From an uncultured delta proteobacterium (GTDB taxonomy: Bacteria; Myxococcota_A; Polyangia; Polyangiales; Polyangiaceae): 64,000 nucleotides of DNA. Positions within the stretch are counted from its first letter, which is position 1; each line of letters begins with the position of its first letter. The stretch lies in the NCBI GenBank assembly GCA_963782055.1, contig CAWAIF010000003.1:3744001-3808000 (forward strand). The letters are read 5' to 3'. Of this stretch, positions 38,213-51,200 are shown piece by piece. Made by a program: the position numbers and the translations under genes. The notes under the pieces are model-generated. The model was not told where the DNA came from. It worked only from the letters and a program-made list of their open reading frames with translations, and ran no database searches.

Positions 38213-38956
38213 ATGGCGGAACAGAAAGAAAGCTCGGTCCTCTTCTCGCTGAAAGAGCTGATGAACCTCGAAGAGGATCGCATCAAGCAAGAGGAAGACG
38301 CCAAGCGGGCGGCCGAGGAAGCGGCCGTCCAGGCCCGGATGGAGGCCGAGCGCAAGGCGCGGGACGAGGAGGAGGCCCGTCTCCACGCCGCCAACGAGAA
38401 GCGCCGGCAGGAGGAGCAGCGGGGCCGGGAAGAGGCCGCCCGCCTGGAGGCCATTCACCGGGCCGAGATCGAGAAGGCGCGCCTGGACGCGGAGAACGCC
38501 GCGCGCATGGAGCAGCTCCGCCAGCAGCAGGAGCACGAGAAGCACCTGCACGCGATGAAGCACGACAAGTCGAAGAAGCGGCTGGTGCTCATCGCCAGCA
38601 GCATCGGCGTGCTGGCGGTCGCGGGCCTCATCGCCGGCGGCGTGATCATCAACAAGCAGATGACCGAGCGCAAGAACCTGGAGACGCAGATCGCCACGCT
38701 GCAGTCGCAGATCGACGAGAACAACAAGCACATGGCGGACCTGAACAGCAAGCTCGCCAGCGCGACGACGCCGGAAGAGCGCGCCGCCCTCGAGCAGCAG
38801 ATCCAGGACGCCCAGCAGAAGGCGCAGGAGCTGAGCGCATCGCAGAAGGACCTCCGCACCGGCAAGCACGTGGCGGTGCACGTCGCGCCGAAGCACACGG
38901 TCACCAAGCCCAAGTGCAACTGCACGCCGGGCGACCCGCTCTGCTCTTGCCTCTGA
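38213..38956 (+). CDS. Bitopic coiled-coil protein with Cys-rich C-terminal motif
   Basis: Upstream GAGGAA SD; charged helix, TM, second coiled coil, terminal CNCTPGDPLCSCL. Confidence 0.8.
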   Translation: MAEQKESSVLFSLKELMNLEEDRIKQEEDAKRAAEEAAVQARMEAERKARDEEEARLHAANEKRRQEEQRGREEAARLEAIHRAEIEKARLDAENAARMEQLRQQQEHEKHLHAMKHDKSKKRLVLIASSIGVLAVAGLIAGGVIINKQMTERKNLETQIATLQSQIDENNKHMADLNSKLASATTPEERAALEQQIQDAQQKAQELSASQKDLRTGKHVAVHVAPKHTVTKPKCNCTPGDPLCSCL

Positions 38957-39003
38957 GGCCCCGCGCGACGCGCGGACCGACGGCCTGAAGGGCACGAAGA
39001 CCG

Positions 39004-39717
39004 ATGATCGATCCCGGCCTCGTCGTCGCGCTGGACTTCCCGCGTCTCGACGAGGCCCGCGCCCTCGCCCTGCGCGTGCGGGAGGCCGTCGGGATGATCA
39101 AGGTGGGCCTGGAGCTCTTCGTGGAGGCCGGTCCCGCCGCCGTCGCCCTCGGCGAGGAGGTCGGCCGCCCGGTCTTTCTCGACCTGAAGCTGCACGACAT
39201 CCCGGAGACGGTGGAGCGGGCCGTCGCCCGCGCGTCGGCCCACGGGGCGGCGCTGCTCACCGTCCACGCCTCCGGCGGCGCGGCGATGCTGGAGCGCGCG
39301 GTGCGCCGGGCGGAGGCCGAAGGCGGCGCGACCGCCATCGTCGCGGTGACCGTGCTCACCTCCCTGGACGCCGCGGACCTGGCGCGGCTCGGGGTGGCGG
39401 TGGACCCCGGCGCCCAGGCGCTGCGTCTCGCCCGGCTGGCTTGGGAGGCGGGCGTGCGCGCCTTCGTCTGCTCCCCCCACGAGGTCTCCGCCCTGCGCGA
39501 GGCGCTCGGCCCGGAGGCCACCCTCATCACGCCAGGGGTACGCCCGCAGGGCGCCGCCGCCGGCGATCAGAAGCGCGTCGCCACGCCGCGGGGCGCGGTG
39601 CTCGCGGGCGCCGACGCCGTCGTCGTCGGCCGTCCCATTCGCGACGCGGGCGACCCTCTCGCCGCGGCCGCGGCCATCGCCCGCGAGGTGCGCGAGGCCC
39701 GCGAGGCGCGCCCATGA
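39004..39717 (+). CDS. pyrF: Orotidine-5'-phosphate decarboxylase
   Basis: [46 protein letters not shown]. Confidence 0.97.
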   Translation: MIDPGLVVALDFPRLDEARALALRVREAVGMIKVGLELFVEAGPAAVALGEEVGRPVFLDLKLHDIPETVERAVARASAHGAALLTVHASGGAAMLERAVRRAEAEGGATAIVAVTVLTSLDAADLARLGVAVDPGAQALRLARLAWEAGVRAFVCSPHEVSALREALGPEATLITPGVRPQGAAAGDQKRVATPRGAVLAGADAVVVGRPIRDAGDPLAAAAAIAREVREAREARP

Positions 39718-40430
39718 CCCGCCTGGTCTGCGGCCTGCAGCCGGTCCGCGAGGCCGTCTCCGCCCGCGCGCGCGATCTGGAGCGCGTGCTGGTGGACGCG
39801 CGCGACTCCCCGCAGCTCGAGGCGCTCGCCCGCTTCGCGAAGGACCGCGGGGCGAAGGTGGAGCGGGTGGCCCGCGCCGAGCTGGACCGCCTCGCCCGCG
39901 GCGCGCGGCACCAGGGCGCGATCGCGGTGGCCCCTCCGCTGCGCGTGCGCCGGCTCGAGGACGTGGAGCTCGGGCAGGACGCGCTCGTCGTGGTGCTGGA
40001 CGCCATCGAGGACCCGCAGAACTTCGGCGCCATCGTCCGCAGCGCCGTCGCGATGGGCGCGGGGTGCGTCATGTGGCCGGAGCACCACGCCGCGCCCCTC
40101 TCGCCGGCGACCTTCCGCGCCTCCGCCGGCGCGGTGGAGCACGCGCAGCTGTGCCGCGTCGCCAGCCTGCCCTCCGCCATCGAGGCGCTGCGCGCGCGCG
40201 GCCTGTTCGCCGTGGCGCTCGACGCCGCCGGGGAGGCGCTGCTCGGCGCGCTGGATCTCGCGCGCCCGGTCGCCCTGGTGCTCGGCGCGGAGGGGCGCGG
40301 CCTGCGCAAGCCGGTCCGCGCCGCGTGCGACGCCACCGCGCGCCTGCCGATGCGCGGCCCCATCGCCTCGCTCAACGTCTCCGCCGCCGCGGCGATGGCG
40401 CTCTACGAAGTGCGCCGCCAGCGGAGCTGA
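39714..40430 (+). CDS. rlmB: SPOUT/TrmH-family RNA methyltransferase (RlmB-like)
   Basis: [31 protein letters not shown] overlap with pyrF. Confidence 0.85.
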   Translation: MTRLVCGLQPVREAVSARARDLERVLVDARDSPQLEALARFAKDRGAKVERVARAELDRLARGARHQGAIAVAPPLRVRRLEDVELGQDALVVVLDAIEDPQNFGAIVRSAVAMGAGCVMWPEHHAAPLSPATFRASAGAVEHAQLCRVASLPSAIEALRARGLFAVALDAAGEALLGALDLARPVALVLGAEGRGLRKPVRAACDATARLPMRGPIASLNVSAAAAMALYEVRRQRS

Positions 40431-40442
40431 CCGGCGCGTCGC

Positions 40443-41051
40443 TCAGCGCTTGAGCACCATGCAGCGCACGTGGCTGCGGAGCGCGACCTTGCGCGCCTCG
40501 ATGAAGGTGGGGCTCCACGGCTCGCTCCCGGTGAGCTGCTGCATCACCGACCCGATGGCGAAGGGCATGAAGTGCAACCCCACGAGCGTGATGATCGTCT
40601 GCTGCGCGTCACCGGGCGCGAACACCCCCGCCTTCTGCCCGCCGTCGATGAACGACTCGGCGGAGCGAAGCACGGAGAGGATGGCGCGCGCGACCTCGCC
40701 GCCCTCGCCGTCCTTCCACTCCATCGCCTCGCGCAGGAGCAGCCGCGCGACGAACGGGTGCTCGCCGAGCAGCGTGACAATCGCGTCGGTCAGCGCGTCG
40801 AGGCGCTCGGCGTAGTCGCCTTGCACCTCCGCCGCCGACGCGATGGCTTCGCCCACGTCGCGCACCAGCCTCTCGAGCACGGCGGCGCGAAGCTCCTCCT
40901 TGCTCGCGAAGTGGTGGAACAGCGAAGCCTTGCGCAGGCCGACTCGCTCCGCGAGATCGGCCATGCTGGTTCCGTCAAACCCGCGCTCGGCGAACAGTCT
41001 CGTCGCCTCGTCGAGAATGACGTCCTTCCTCCCCTTGGGTCCCCGGGCCAT
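40443..41051 (-). CDS. TetR/AcrR-family transcriptional regulator
   Basis: ILDEATRLFAERGFDGTSMADLAERVGLRKASLFHHFASKEEL. Confidence 0.92.
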   Translation of the reverse strand: MARGPKGRKDVILDEATRLFAERGFDGTSMADLAERVGLRKASLFHHFASKEELRAAVLERLVRDVGEAIASAAEVQGDYAERLDALTDAIVTLLGEHPFVARLLLREAMEWKDGEGGEVARAILSVLRSAESFIDGGQKAGVFAPGDAQQTIITLVGLHFMPFAIGSVMQQLTGSEPWSPTFIEARKVALRSHVRCMVLKR

Positions 41052-41063
41052 GGTCCGGGTGTA

Positions 41064-42326
41064 TCATGGACGACGCGAAAGGGGAGACGAGTCCGCCGGC
41101 CGGAGAGGCTTGAGCATCTCGGAGACCGACTGCGCGAGCTTGGCTTCCTGGTCGCGCGGCAGGAGCGACCCCGCCTGGAAGAGGGCGAAGCCGATGTAGT
41201 CGTGCATCAGCTGGATGAGCCACGCGTCGGGGTCTTCCCCGGCCAGCGCGGCCAGGTTGCGCTCCACACGGTCCGGTCGGAAGGATCCGTCGGGCAGCGG
41301 GCCGGCGCCCTGGAAGAGCGGGTCGTAGACACCGCCGCCGGTGGCGAAGCGCGCCAGAGCATCCCGCAATTCCACGCCCTTGCCGACCGCGTCGCACCGC
41401 GCGTGGATCTCGATGAGGGCCGGGTTGAAGCCCTCCATGATCGCCTCCGGCCCCTGCGGACGCGGGGCGGACACCGTAAGGAACCCGCCGGACACGAGCT
41501 GGAAGACCGCCTTGGTGACCTCGAATTCCAACTGACCGGTCCGACGGCCAATCTGGGCGATGGACCGCTTGCCGTCGCACTCGCCGTACACCGTGCCCAG
41601 CTCGGGGGGGACCTTCTTGGTGCCGTGCTCCTTCGGCGTGGGGATGTAGTTCTCGTTGGGGATGCGCTCACGGAAGAAGCGCATCTCGTCCATCCGCCGC
41701 GCGCCCTCCATGAGCATCATGCCGGCGTTCAGGTTGTGGCGGCGGCCCATCGCCGCCTCGTCGAAGCGGTCGAAGAAGTAGAAGGTGCCGTCGGAGACGT
41801 GCAGCGCCGCGTAGAAGACCTCCTCCACCTGGCGCGCCATCATCGGGTAGAGCTCCTCCGGGCTGACGAAGTCCAGCTCGATGGCCGCCTCGCCGAAGCG
41901 CTTGCCGCTGGAGGACGACGCCGACACCGCCTTCTCCAGCTGCTCGCGCGTCACCACGCCGAAGCGGTAGAGCGTCTCGCCCAGGCGCTCCTCCGGCACG
42001 TTGGTGTGGGCGCCGATGACGTTGCCCGAGTCGAAGAAGAGGGAGCGGACCTTCTTGTCCTCCAGCGCCACCAGCTCGCCCTTCCAGTTCGACTGGGCGA
42101 TGAGGGAGATGATGTCGCACAGCGCGCCGGGCGTCCGGATCTCCCCCGCCACGCGCAGCACCGCCGGCGCCGTGCGCTCCGGCCGGCGCAGGAGCACCAC
42201 CGACGCCGTCGACGGCGCGAGGTGCCACTCGCCGGCCCTGGCGCGCAGCTCCTGACTCGCCGCACGGCCCACCGGGTGAACGGTGCCGGTCACGTCGACG
42301 CGGAGCAGGTCGTCACAATCCGACAT
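41064..42326 (-). CDS. DUF4388-like domain protein with GspE/MshEN-like helical region
   Basis: DIISLIAQSNWKGELV, LFFDSGNVIGAHTN, ERLGETLYRFG, MLMEGARRMDE. Confidence 0.7.
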   Translation of the reverse strand: MSDCDDLLRVDVTGTVHPVGRAASQELRARAGEWHLAPSTASVVLLRRPERTAPAVLRVAGEIRTPGALCDIISLIAQSNWKGELVALEDKKVRSLFFDSGNVIGAHTNVPEERLGETLYRFGVVTREQLEKAVSASSSSGKRFGEAAIELDFVSPEELYPMMARQVEEVFYAALHVSDGTFYFFDRFDEAAMGRRHNLNAGMMLMEGARRMDEMRFFRERIPNENYIPTPKEHGTKKVPPELGTVYGECDGKRSIAQIGRRTGQLEFEVTKAVFQLVSGGFLTVSAPRPQGPEAIMEGFNPALIEIHARCDAVGKGVELRDALARFATGGGVYDPLFQGAGPLPDGSFRPDRVERNLAALAGEDPDAWLIQLMHDYIGFALFQAGSLLPRDQEAKLAQSVSEMLKPLRPADSSPLSRRP

Positions 42327-42399
42327 TTTTCCCTAGAATACACGCGGACATGGCCAAAGTGCGAGTTTCCCGCTACCCACGGTGTGGCACAAGAGGGCC

Positions 42400-43291
42400 A
42401 TGCTGATCCTACCCGACAAGGCGCGCGCGCTGGAGCGCGGGCTCGCCGACGCGAGCTACTTCGCCGACGAGAAGACGGTGCTCGCCCTCTTCCTCGCCGT
42501 CGAGCTCGACCGTCCGCTGCTCGTCGAGGGGCCCCCCGGCGTCGGCAAGACCGACCTGGCGCGGGCCGCCGCGGCGGCGCTGGGCCGCGAGACGCTCCGC
42601 CTGCAGTGCTACGAGGGCCTGGACGAGGCGAAGGCCATCTACGAGTGGGACTACGCCAAGCAGATGCTCTACACGCAGCTGCTCCGGGACGCGGTGGCCT
42701 CGCGCACGCAAGAGGCAGGGTCGCTGGCGGAGGCCGCCGACCGCATCGCCGACGCCGACGACGCCTTCTTCAGCGAGCGCTTCCTGGTGGCGCGACCGCT
42801 GCTGCGCGCCCTGCAGTCGGAGGCGCCGGTGGTGCTGCTGGTGGACGAGGTGGACCGCGCCGACCCCGAGTTCGAGGCGGTGCTGCTGGAGATCCTCGCC
42901 GAGCGGCAGGTGACCATCCCGGAGCTGGGCACCGTCCGGGCGAAGCACGCGCCGCTGGTGGTGCTCACCACCAACGCCACGCGCGAGATGACCGACGCGC
43001 TGCGCCGCCGGTGCCTGCACGTGGAGCTGGACTACCCTCCCCCTTCGCGGGAGATCGCCATCCTGGAGGCGCGGGTGCCCGGCATCTCCGCCGCCCTCGC
43101 CGCCGAGATCGCCGCCTTCGCGGAGAAGGTGCGCGCGCTCGACCTGCGCAAGGCGCCCTCCATCGCCGAGACGATCGACTGGGCGCGGGCGATCCTCGTC
43201 CTCGGGGCGAGCGCGCTGGAGGCCGACGTGCGCGACGCGACGCTGGGCGCCCTGCTCAAGCACGAGGAGGACCGCGAGAAGGCCCGCGCGG

Positions 43292-43299
<8 letters not shown>
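42400..43299 (+). CDS. MoxR-family AAA+ ATPase (CoxD-like)
   Basis: EGPPGVGKT, LQCYEGLD, YEWDYAKQ, LLVDEVDRAD, DALRRRC, PSIAETIDWA. Confidence 0.9.
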
Positions 43300-46888
<3,589 letters not shown>

Positions 46889-46969
46889 CGGCCTGATCGC
46901 TTACGCGGGCCGGCAAGCGCACGCAAGTCACCCCGGTGGGACCGCCTGTCCGCCGGTGGCTGATCTTTG

Positions 46970-46998
46970 TTGCGTCCCCACGGCTGACCCCGTAGCTT
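46970..46998 (+). promoter_or_regulatory. Putative sigma70-type promoter for the 47073 lipoprotein gene
   Basis: TTGCGT-17 bp-TAGCTT; AGGAGG SD before ATG 47073. Confidence 0.45.
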
Positions 46999-47072
46999 AC
47001 GCCGCACGATTTGGGTCGTAGCGGGGTCGCCTTGCCGCCTTCGCCTGACTGCCCTTCCAGGAGGAACTGCAG

Positions 47073-48248
47073 ATGAAGCTTTGGAAAGTTTGGACGCTCG
47101 TTGGAATCACTGCGGGCGTGATCGGCGCGGTCGGCTACGGCGCGGGTTGCAGCGGGGACGACACCAGCAACAACAACGGCACCGTTGGCCAGCCCCCGGC
47201 GAAGCCCACCACGGGCACCACGCCTGCCGGCACCGACACCATGACCTTCGCGGTCCAGAAGCTCTTCCTGGGCGAGGCGCCCCGCTCCGGCGGCGCCGCC
47301 AGCTCCACGGCGTGGAAGGACTACGGCTACAACATCGACGGCGTCGTCACCACGAAGGACGCCACCGACGTCTGCACGCTGGCCACCGGCGCCTCCAAGA
47401 ACAACCAGATCGACGGCAACAACGGCACCGACAACGCCTTCGGCGCGGTCATCCTGCCGATCATCCAGAGCGCCGCGAGCCTCAACACCCCCTCGCAGAC
47501 GATCAACGACACCATCACCAAGGGCAGCTTCACCCTCGAGCTCTCCATCAAGGGCCTGACGAGCGACGCGAAGCAGACGTCCACCGGCCTCACCGGCGAC
47601 CTCTTCGCGGCCGGCAACTACGATCCGGACGGCGGCACGGCTCCCGCGTTCGACATGACGACCGACTGGCCCGTCCGGCCGGAGCTGCTCGTCGACCAGA
47701 GCGACATCAGCAAGGGCTCGAAGGTCCACTTCGACGACGCGTACGTCGTCAACGGCACCTTCGTGAACGGCGCGTCGGCGCCCGGCACCGCCGGCGTCAA
47801 GGTGACCATCAGCCTGGTGTTCTCCGGCGTCGCGCTCGACCTGAGCATCAACCACGCCATCATCACCTTCGACCACTCGGCCCCGACGGACGCCACCAAC
47901 GGCACCATCGCCGGCGTCATCAACACCCAGCAGCTGATCGACGGCCTGAAGAGCGTCGCCGGCCGCATCTCCACCTCGCTCTGCGGCAGCGCCTTCGACG
48001 GCATCGCCCAGCAGATCAAGCAGGCGTCGGACATCCTGAGCGATGGCAGCAACAGCAGCGGCAAGGCCTGCGATGCCATCTCCATCGGCCTGGGCTTCAG
48101 CGCCAAGCAGATCGCCAACCCGACCAAGATCGCGGCGCTCGGCACCGCCTCGCCCGACCCGTGCTCGACGGATGGCGGCACGCCCGACAGCGGCACGCCC
48201 GACAGCGGCACGACCGACGCCGGCTCCGCCGACGCCGCGAGCGAGTGA
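47073..48248 (+). CDS. Lipoprotein of unknown function (Thr/Gly/Asn-rich) with DxG tail ending DAASE
   Basis: Lipobox GAGC, strong SD, strongly biased codons, own promoter and terminator. Confidence 0.85.
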   Translation: MKLWKVWTLVGITAGVIGAVGYGAGCSGDDTSNNNGTVGQPPAKPTTGTTPAGTDTMTFAVQKLFLGEAPRSGGAASSTAWKDYGYNIDGVVTTKDATDVCTLATGASKNNQIDGNNGTDNAFGAVILPIIQSAASLNTPSQTINDTITKGSFTLELSIKGLTSDAKQTSTGLTGDLFAAGNYDPDGGTAPAFDMTTDWPVRPELLVDQSDISKGSKVHFDDAYVVNGTFVNGASAPGTAGVKVTISLVFSGVALDLSINHAIITFDHSAPTDATNGTIAGVINTQQLIDGLKSVAGRISTSLCGSAFDGIAQQIKQASDILSDGSNSSGKACDAISIGLGFSAKQIANPTKIAALGTASPDPCSTDGGTPDSGTPDSGTTDAGSADAASE

Positions 48249-48325
48249 CCGCACCCCCCCGCGCCTCACCCCCCCTGCCCCCCTCTCCGTGAGAGGGCGA
48301 GGGGGGAGCGAAGACGGGACTGACG

Positions 48326-48360
48326 AAGGGCCTCGGCGAAAGCCGGGGCCCTTTTTCTTT
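48326..48360 (+). terminator. Rho-independent terminator
   Basis: AAGGGCCTCGGC-GAAA-GCCGGGGCCCTT 12-bp stem with GNRA loop followed by a T-rich tract. Confidence 0.85.
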
Positions 48361-48407
48361 GCGTCCCTCCCCTTCCCCTCATCGCCCTCTCGAGCTTGGT
48401 GAGATCA

Positions 48408-49931
48408 CTACCCCCGCGCCCGCGCGATCATGTGCGGCGCCAGGTGCAGCGCGAACGCGTAGATGCTGATCTGCGGCGGGCCGCCGAGGCTCGTCGGGAA
48501 GAGCGACCCGTCCGACACGAACAGCCCCTTCACGAAGTGGTGCTCCCCCGTCGAGTCCACCGCCGCGATCCGCGGGTCCTCCCCCATGCGCAGGCTCCCC
48601 ATCGGGTGCACCGCCGTGAGCGGCACGCCGAAGGGCCGCACGAAGGACGTGTCCAGCCCCTCCAGCTGCGCGGCGCTCTTCAGGGTCACCGGCGGGATGG
48701 CCGGGATGGTCACCTCCGCCGCCCCCGCCGCGAAGAGCAGCCGCGCGCACGCCACCAGCCCCTTGGCCATTTGCGCGCGATCGCTCTCCACCATCGCGTA
48801 CTCGATGGACGGGCGGCCGTCGCTGTCCAGCGCGACGCGCCCGCGCGTCTCGTCGTGCACCATCGCCGTGAAGACGGCGAGCTTCGGGTATGCCCGCATC
48901 GCCTTCATGTGCGCCGCGCCGAAGCCGGACATCGTCGACGCTGTGCCGATGGGGTGCGCGAACGCCGGGATGATCCACACCCGCTCGTCGCTCCCCTCCT
49001 CGTACGACAGAAGCTCCGTACACTCGTACGACTGCGGGATGCCGTAGACGCTGTCCATCGTGCGCTCGAAGCGCCCGGCGGCGACGGCGCCCGGATGCAG
49101 GCGCAGCCCGCGTCCGAGCTGGTGGTAGGGGTCGGGCAGGTTGCTGCGCAGGGCGAGCGCCGCCGAGCCGATCGCGCTCGCCGCCAGCACCACCACGCGC
49201 GCGCGCACCGTGACCCACGCGACGGGTCGCCCGCTGGTATCGCGCGCGACGGCCAGCACGCCGGTGGCGCGGCCCTTCTCGTAGGTGATCCGGATGGCCT
49301 CCACGTCGGCGTAGACCGTCGCGCCCGCCGCCTCCGCCTGCGGGATCATCACCTTGAGGGCGTTCTGCTTGGCGTCGTATGCGCAGCCGAGCTCGCAGAA
49401 GCCGCTGAGCTGGCAGCCCACGCGGTTGTGCTTGAGCGGGCCGCCCTTCCAGCCGAGCGACTCCACGCCCGCGCGCAGCGCCTCGTTGTTGGGGTTGCGC
49501 AGGGGGCCCGGGATCTCGGTCACCGAGAGCTCGCGCTCGATCTGCTCGAAGGCGGGGACCATGTCCGCTGGGCCGGCCCCGTCGACGGTGTAGCGATCGC
49601 GCCAGAGGTCCAGGATCGCGTCGGGCGTGCGCTTGCAGAGGTTGGTGTTGTGCACGGTGCTGCCGCCCACCCCGCGCCCCTGCAGCACGCGGATGGCCAG
49701 GTCCTTGGTGGTGCGACCGCCGCCGTCCTGGAAGAGCATGGGGAGCATGTCTTCCTCGCGCTGATCGAAGTCCTTCGGCGTGTGGTAGCCGCCCTCCTCC
49801 AGGCCGATGACGCGCAGGCCGGCGCGCGCCAGCTCGCGCATCGCGACCGAGCCGCCGGCGCCGGTGCCGACCACGACGGCGTCGGCCTCCAGGGCGAGAT
49901 CGCTCGTCAGCTTGCGGCCGAGGACGATCAA
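48408..49931 (-). CDS. GMC-family flavin oxidoreductase
   Basis: VVGTGAGG, GRGVGGSTVHN, C-x-x-x-G-x-C-x-x-G-C, HPMGSLRMG, DGSLFPTSLG; TTGA overlap with the upstream gene. Confidence 0.9.
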   Translation of the reverse strand: MIVLGRKLTSDLALEADAVVVGTGAGGSVAMRELARAGLRVIGLEEGGYHTPKDFDQREEDMLPMLFQDGGGRTTKDLAIRVLQGRGVGGSTVHNTNLCKRTPDAILDLWRDRYTVDGAGPADMVPAFEQIERELSVTEIPGPLRNPNNEALRAGVESLGWKGGPLKHNRVGCQLSGFCELGCAYDAKQNALKVMIPQAEAAGATVYADVEAIRITYEKGRATGVLAVARDTSGRPVAWVTVRARVVVLAASAIGSAALALRSNLPDPYHQLGRGLRLHPGAVAAGRFERTMDSVYGIPQSYECTELLSYEEGSDERVWIIPAFAHPIGTASTMSGFGAAHMKAMRAYPKLAVFTAMVHDETRGRVALDSDGRPSIEYAMVESDRAQMAKGLVACARLLFAAGAAEVTIPAIPPVTLKSAAQLEGLDTSFVRPFGVPLTAVHPMGSLRMGEDPRIAAVDSTGEHHFVKGLFVSDGSLFPTSLGGPPQISIYAFALHLAPHMIARARG

Positions 49932-50479
49932 TCCCACCCCCGCGCCGGGCGACCGACGAAGGGGCCGCCGTAGCCGATGATCTTCCACGTGCGCGGATCG
50001 CGGTAGTACCCCATGAAGACGAGCGACTTGATGCCCGCGAAGGCGCCGCGCAGCAGGTCGTGATCGCTCGCCTCCAGCGAGGCGAGCACCCGATCCTGGT
50101 CGGCGGCGGAGAGGCGCGTGAAGCGCGAGGTGAGGCGGAGCGAGAGCGGCGAGACGTGCTCGACGAAGCCCAGCAGGCGCAGCAGGTCCCGCCGCAGGGC
50201 GTAGCTCATCCCCGCCACGTAGCCGTCGACGAAGCCGGCGACGTCCACCTCGTCGGGCGTGGGGACGCCGCCGCCCTGCACGTCCGGCGCGGCGATGCGC
50301 CGCGCGAGCGCCTGCACCACGATGAACTGCCACGGCGCGAGGGCCTGGAGCTTCGCCACGCGGTCCGCCGGCAGGTCGTAGCCGCGGGTGCGGACCACGC
50401 CGACGACGCCGCCCGCCGCCAGGAGCGCCCCGCCCGCGATGGCGATGGCGCGGCGCCGCGTGATCCGCTTCCTCTGCAC
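49928..50479 (-). CDS. Tat-signal protein, gluconate 2-dehydrogenase subunit 3-like partner of the GMC enzyme
   Basis: ITRRRAI twin-arginine signal; FTRLSAADQDRVL, MGYYRDP, IGYGGP. Confidence 0.75.
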   Translation of the reverse strand: MQRKRITRRRAIAIAGGALLAAGGVVGVVRTRGYDLPADRVAKLQALAPWQFIVVQALARRIAAPDVQGGGVPTPDEVDVAGFVDGYVAGMSYALRRDLLRLLGFVEHVSPLSLRLTSRFTRLSAADQDRVLASLEASDHDLLRGAFAGIKSLVFMGYYRDPRTWKIIGYGGPFVGRPARGWD

Positions 50480-50549
50480 GGCCAGACCATGTGCCCGAAC
50501 GGCCCCCCGCGCGCAAACGCAAAATGCCCGGCCGGGCTATAGTGCCGGG

Positions 50550-51185
50550 ATGCACGTCTTCGGTCTCACCGGCGGGATCGCGTCGGGCAAGAGCGCGGTG
50601 GCGGCGCGGCTGCGCGCGCGCGGCGTCCCGGTCATCGACGCCGACGTCCTGGCGCGCGATGCGGTGGCGCCGGGCACGCCCGGCCTGGCGGCGGTGGTGG
50701 AGGCCTTCGGGCCGGAGGTGCTGCTGCCCTCCGGAGAGCTGGACCGCAAGGGCCTCGCGCGGCGGGTGTTCGGCGACAAGGAGATGCTGGCCCGCCTCAA
50801 CGGCATCCTCCACCCGCGCGTCGCCGCCCTCGGGGTGGAGCAGACGGCCGCCCTCGCCGCCGGGGGCGAGCCCCTCGCCTGCTACGAGGCGGCCCTGCTC
50901 GTGGAGAACGGCCTGCAGCACGCCTTCCGGCCGCTCGTCGTCGTCTCCGCCCCGGAGGACACGCAGCTCGCCCGGGCCGTCGCGCGAGATGGTTGTACTC
51001 TACAAGAAGCCCGCGCGCGCCTGGACGCCCAGCTCCCCCTGGCGCAGAAGGTCGCGGTGGCCGACGTGGTGATCGACAACGCCGGCACGCTGGAGGATCT
51101 CGCCCGCGAGACCGACCGCGCGCTCGAGGAGATTCTGTCGCCGCGCCGGGGTGGACCCCGCGCGCTACCGGCCGGCGGACGGTGA
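50550..51185 (+). CDS. coaE: Dephospho-CoA kinase
   Basis: GLTGGIASGKS, IDADVLAR, LNGILHP, ADVVIDN. Confidence 0.95.
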   Translation: MHVFGLTGGIASGKSAVAARLRARGVPVIDADVLARDAVAPGTPGLAAVVEAFGPEVLLPSGELDRKGLARRVFGDKEMLARLNGILHPRVAALGVEQTAALAAGGEPLACYEAALLVENGLQHAFRPLVVVSAPEDTQLARAVARDGCTLQEARARLDAQLPLAQKVAVADVVIDNAGTLEDLARETDRALEEILSPRRGGPRALPAGGR

Positions 51186-51200
51186 TAGCATGCGCGGTCG

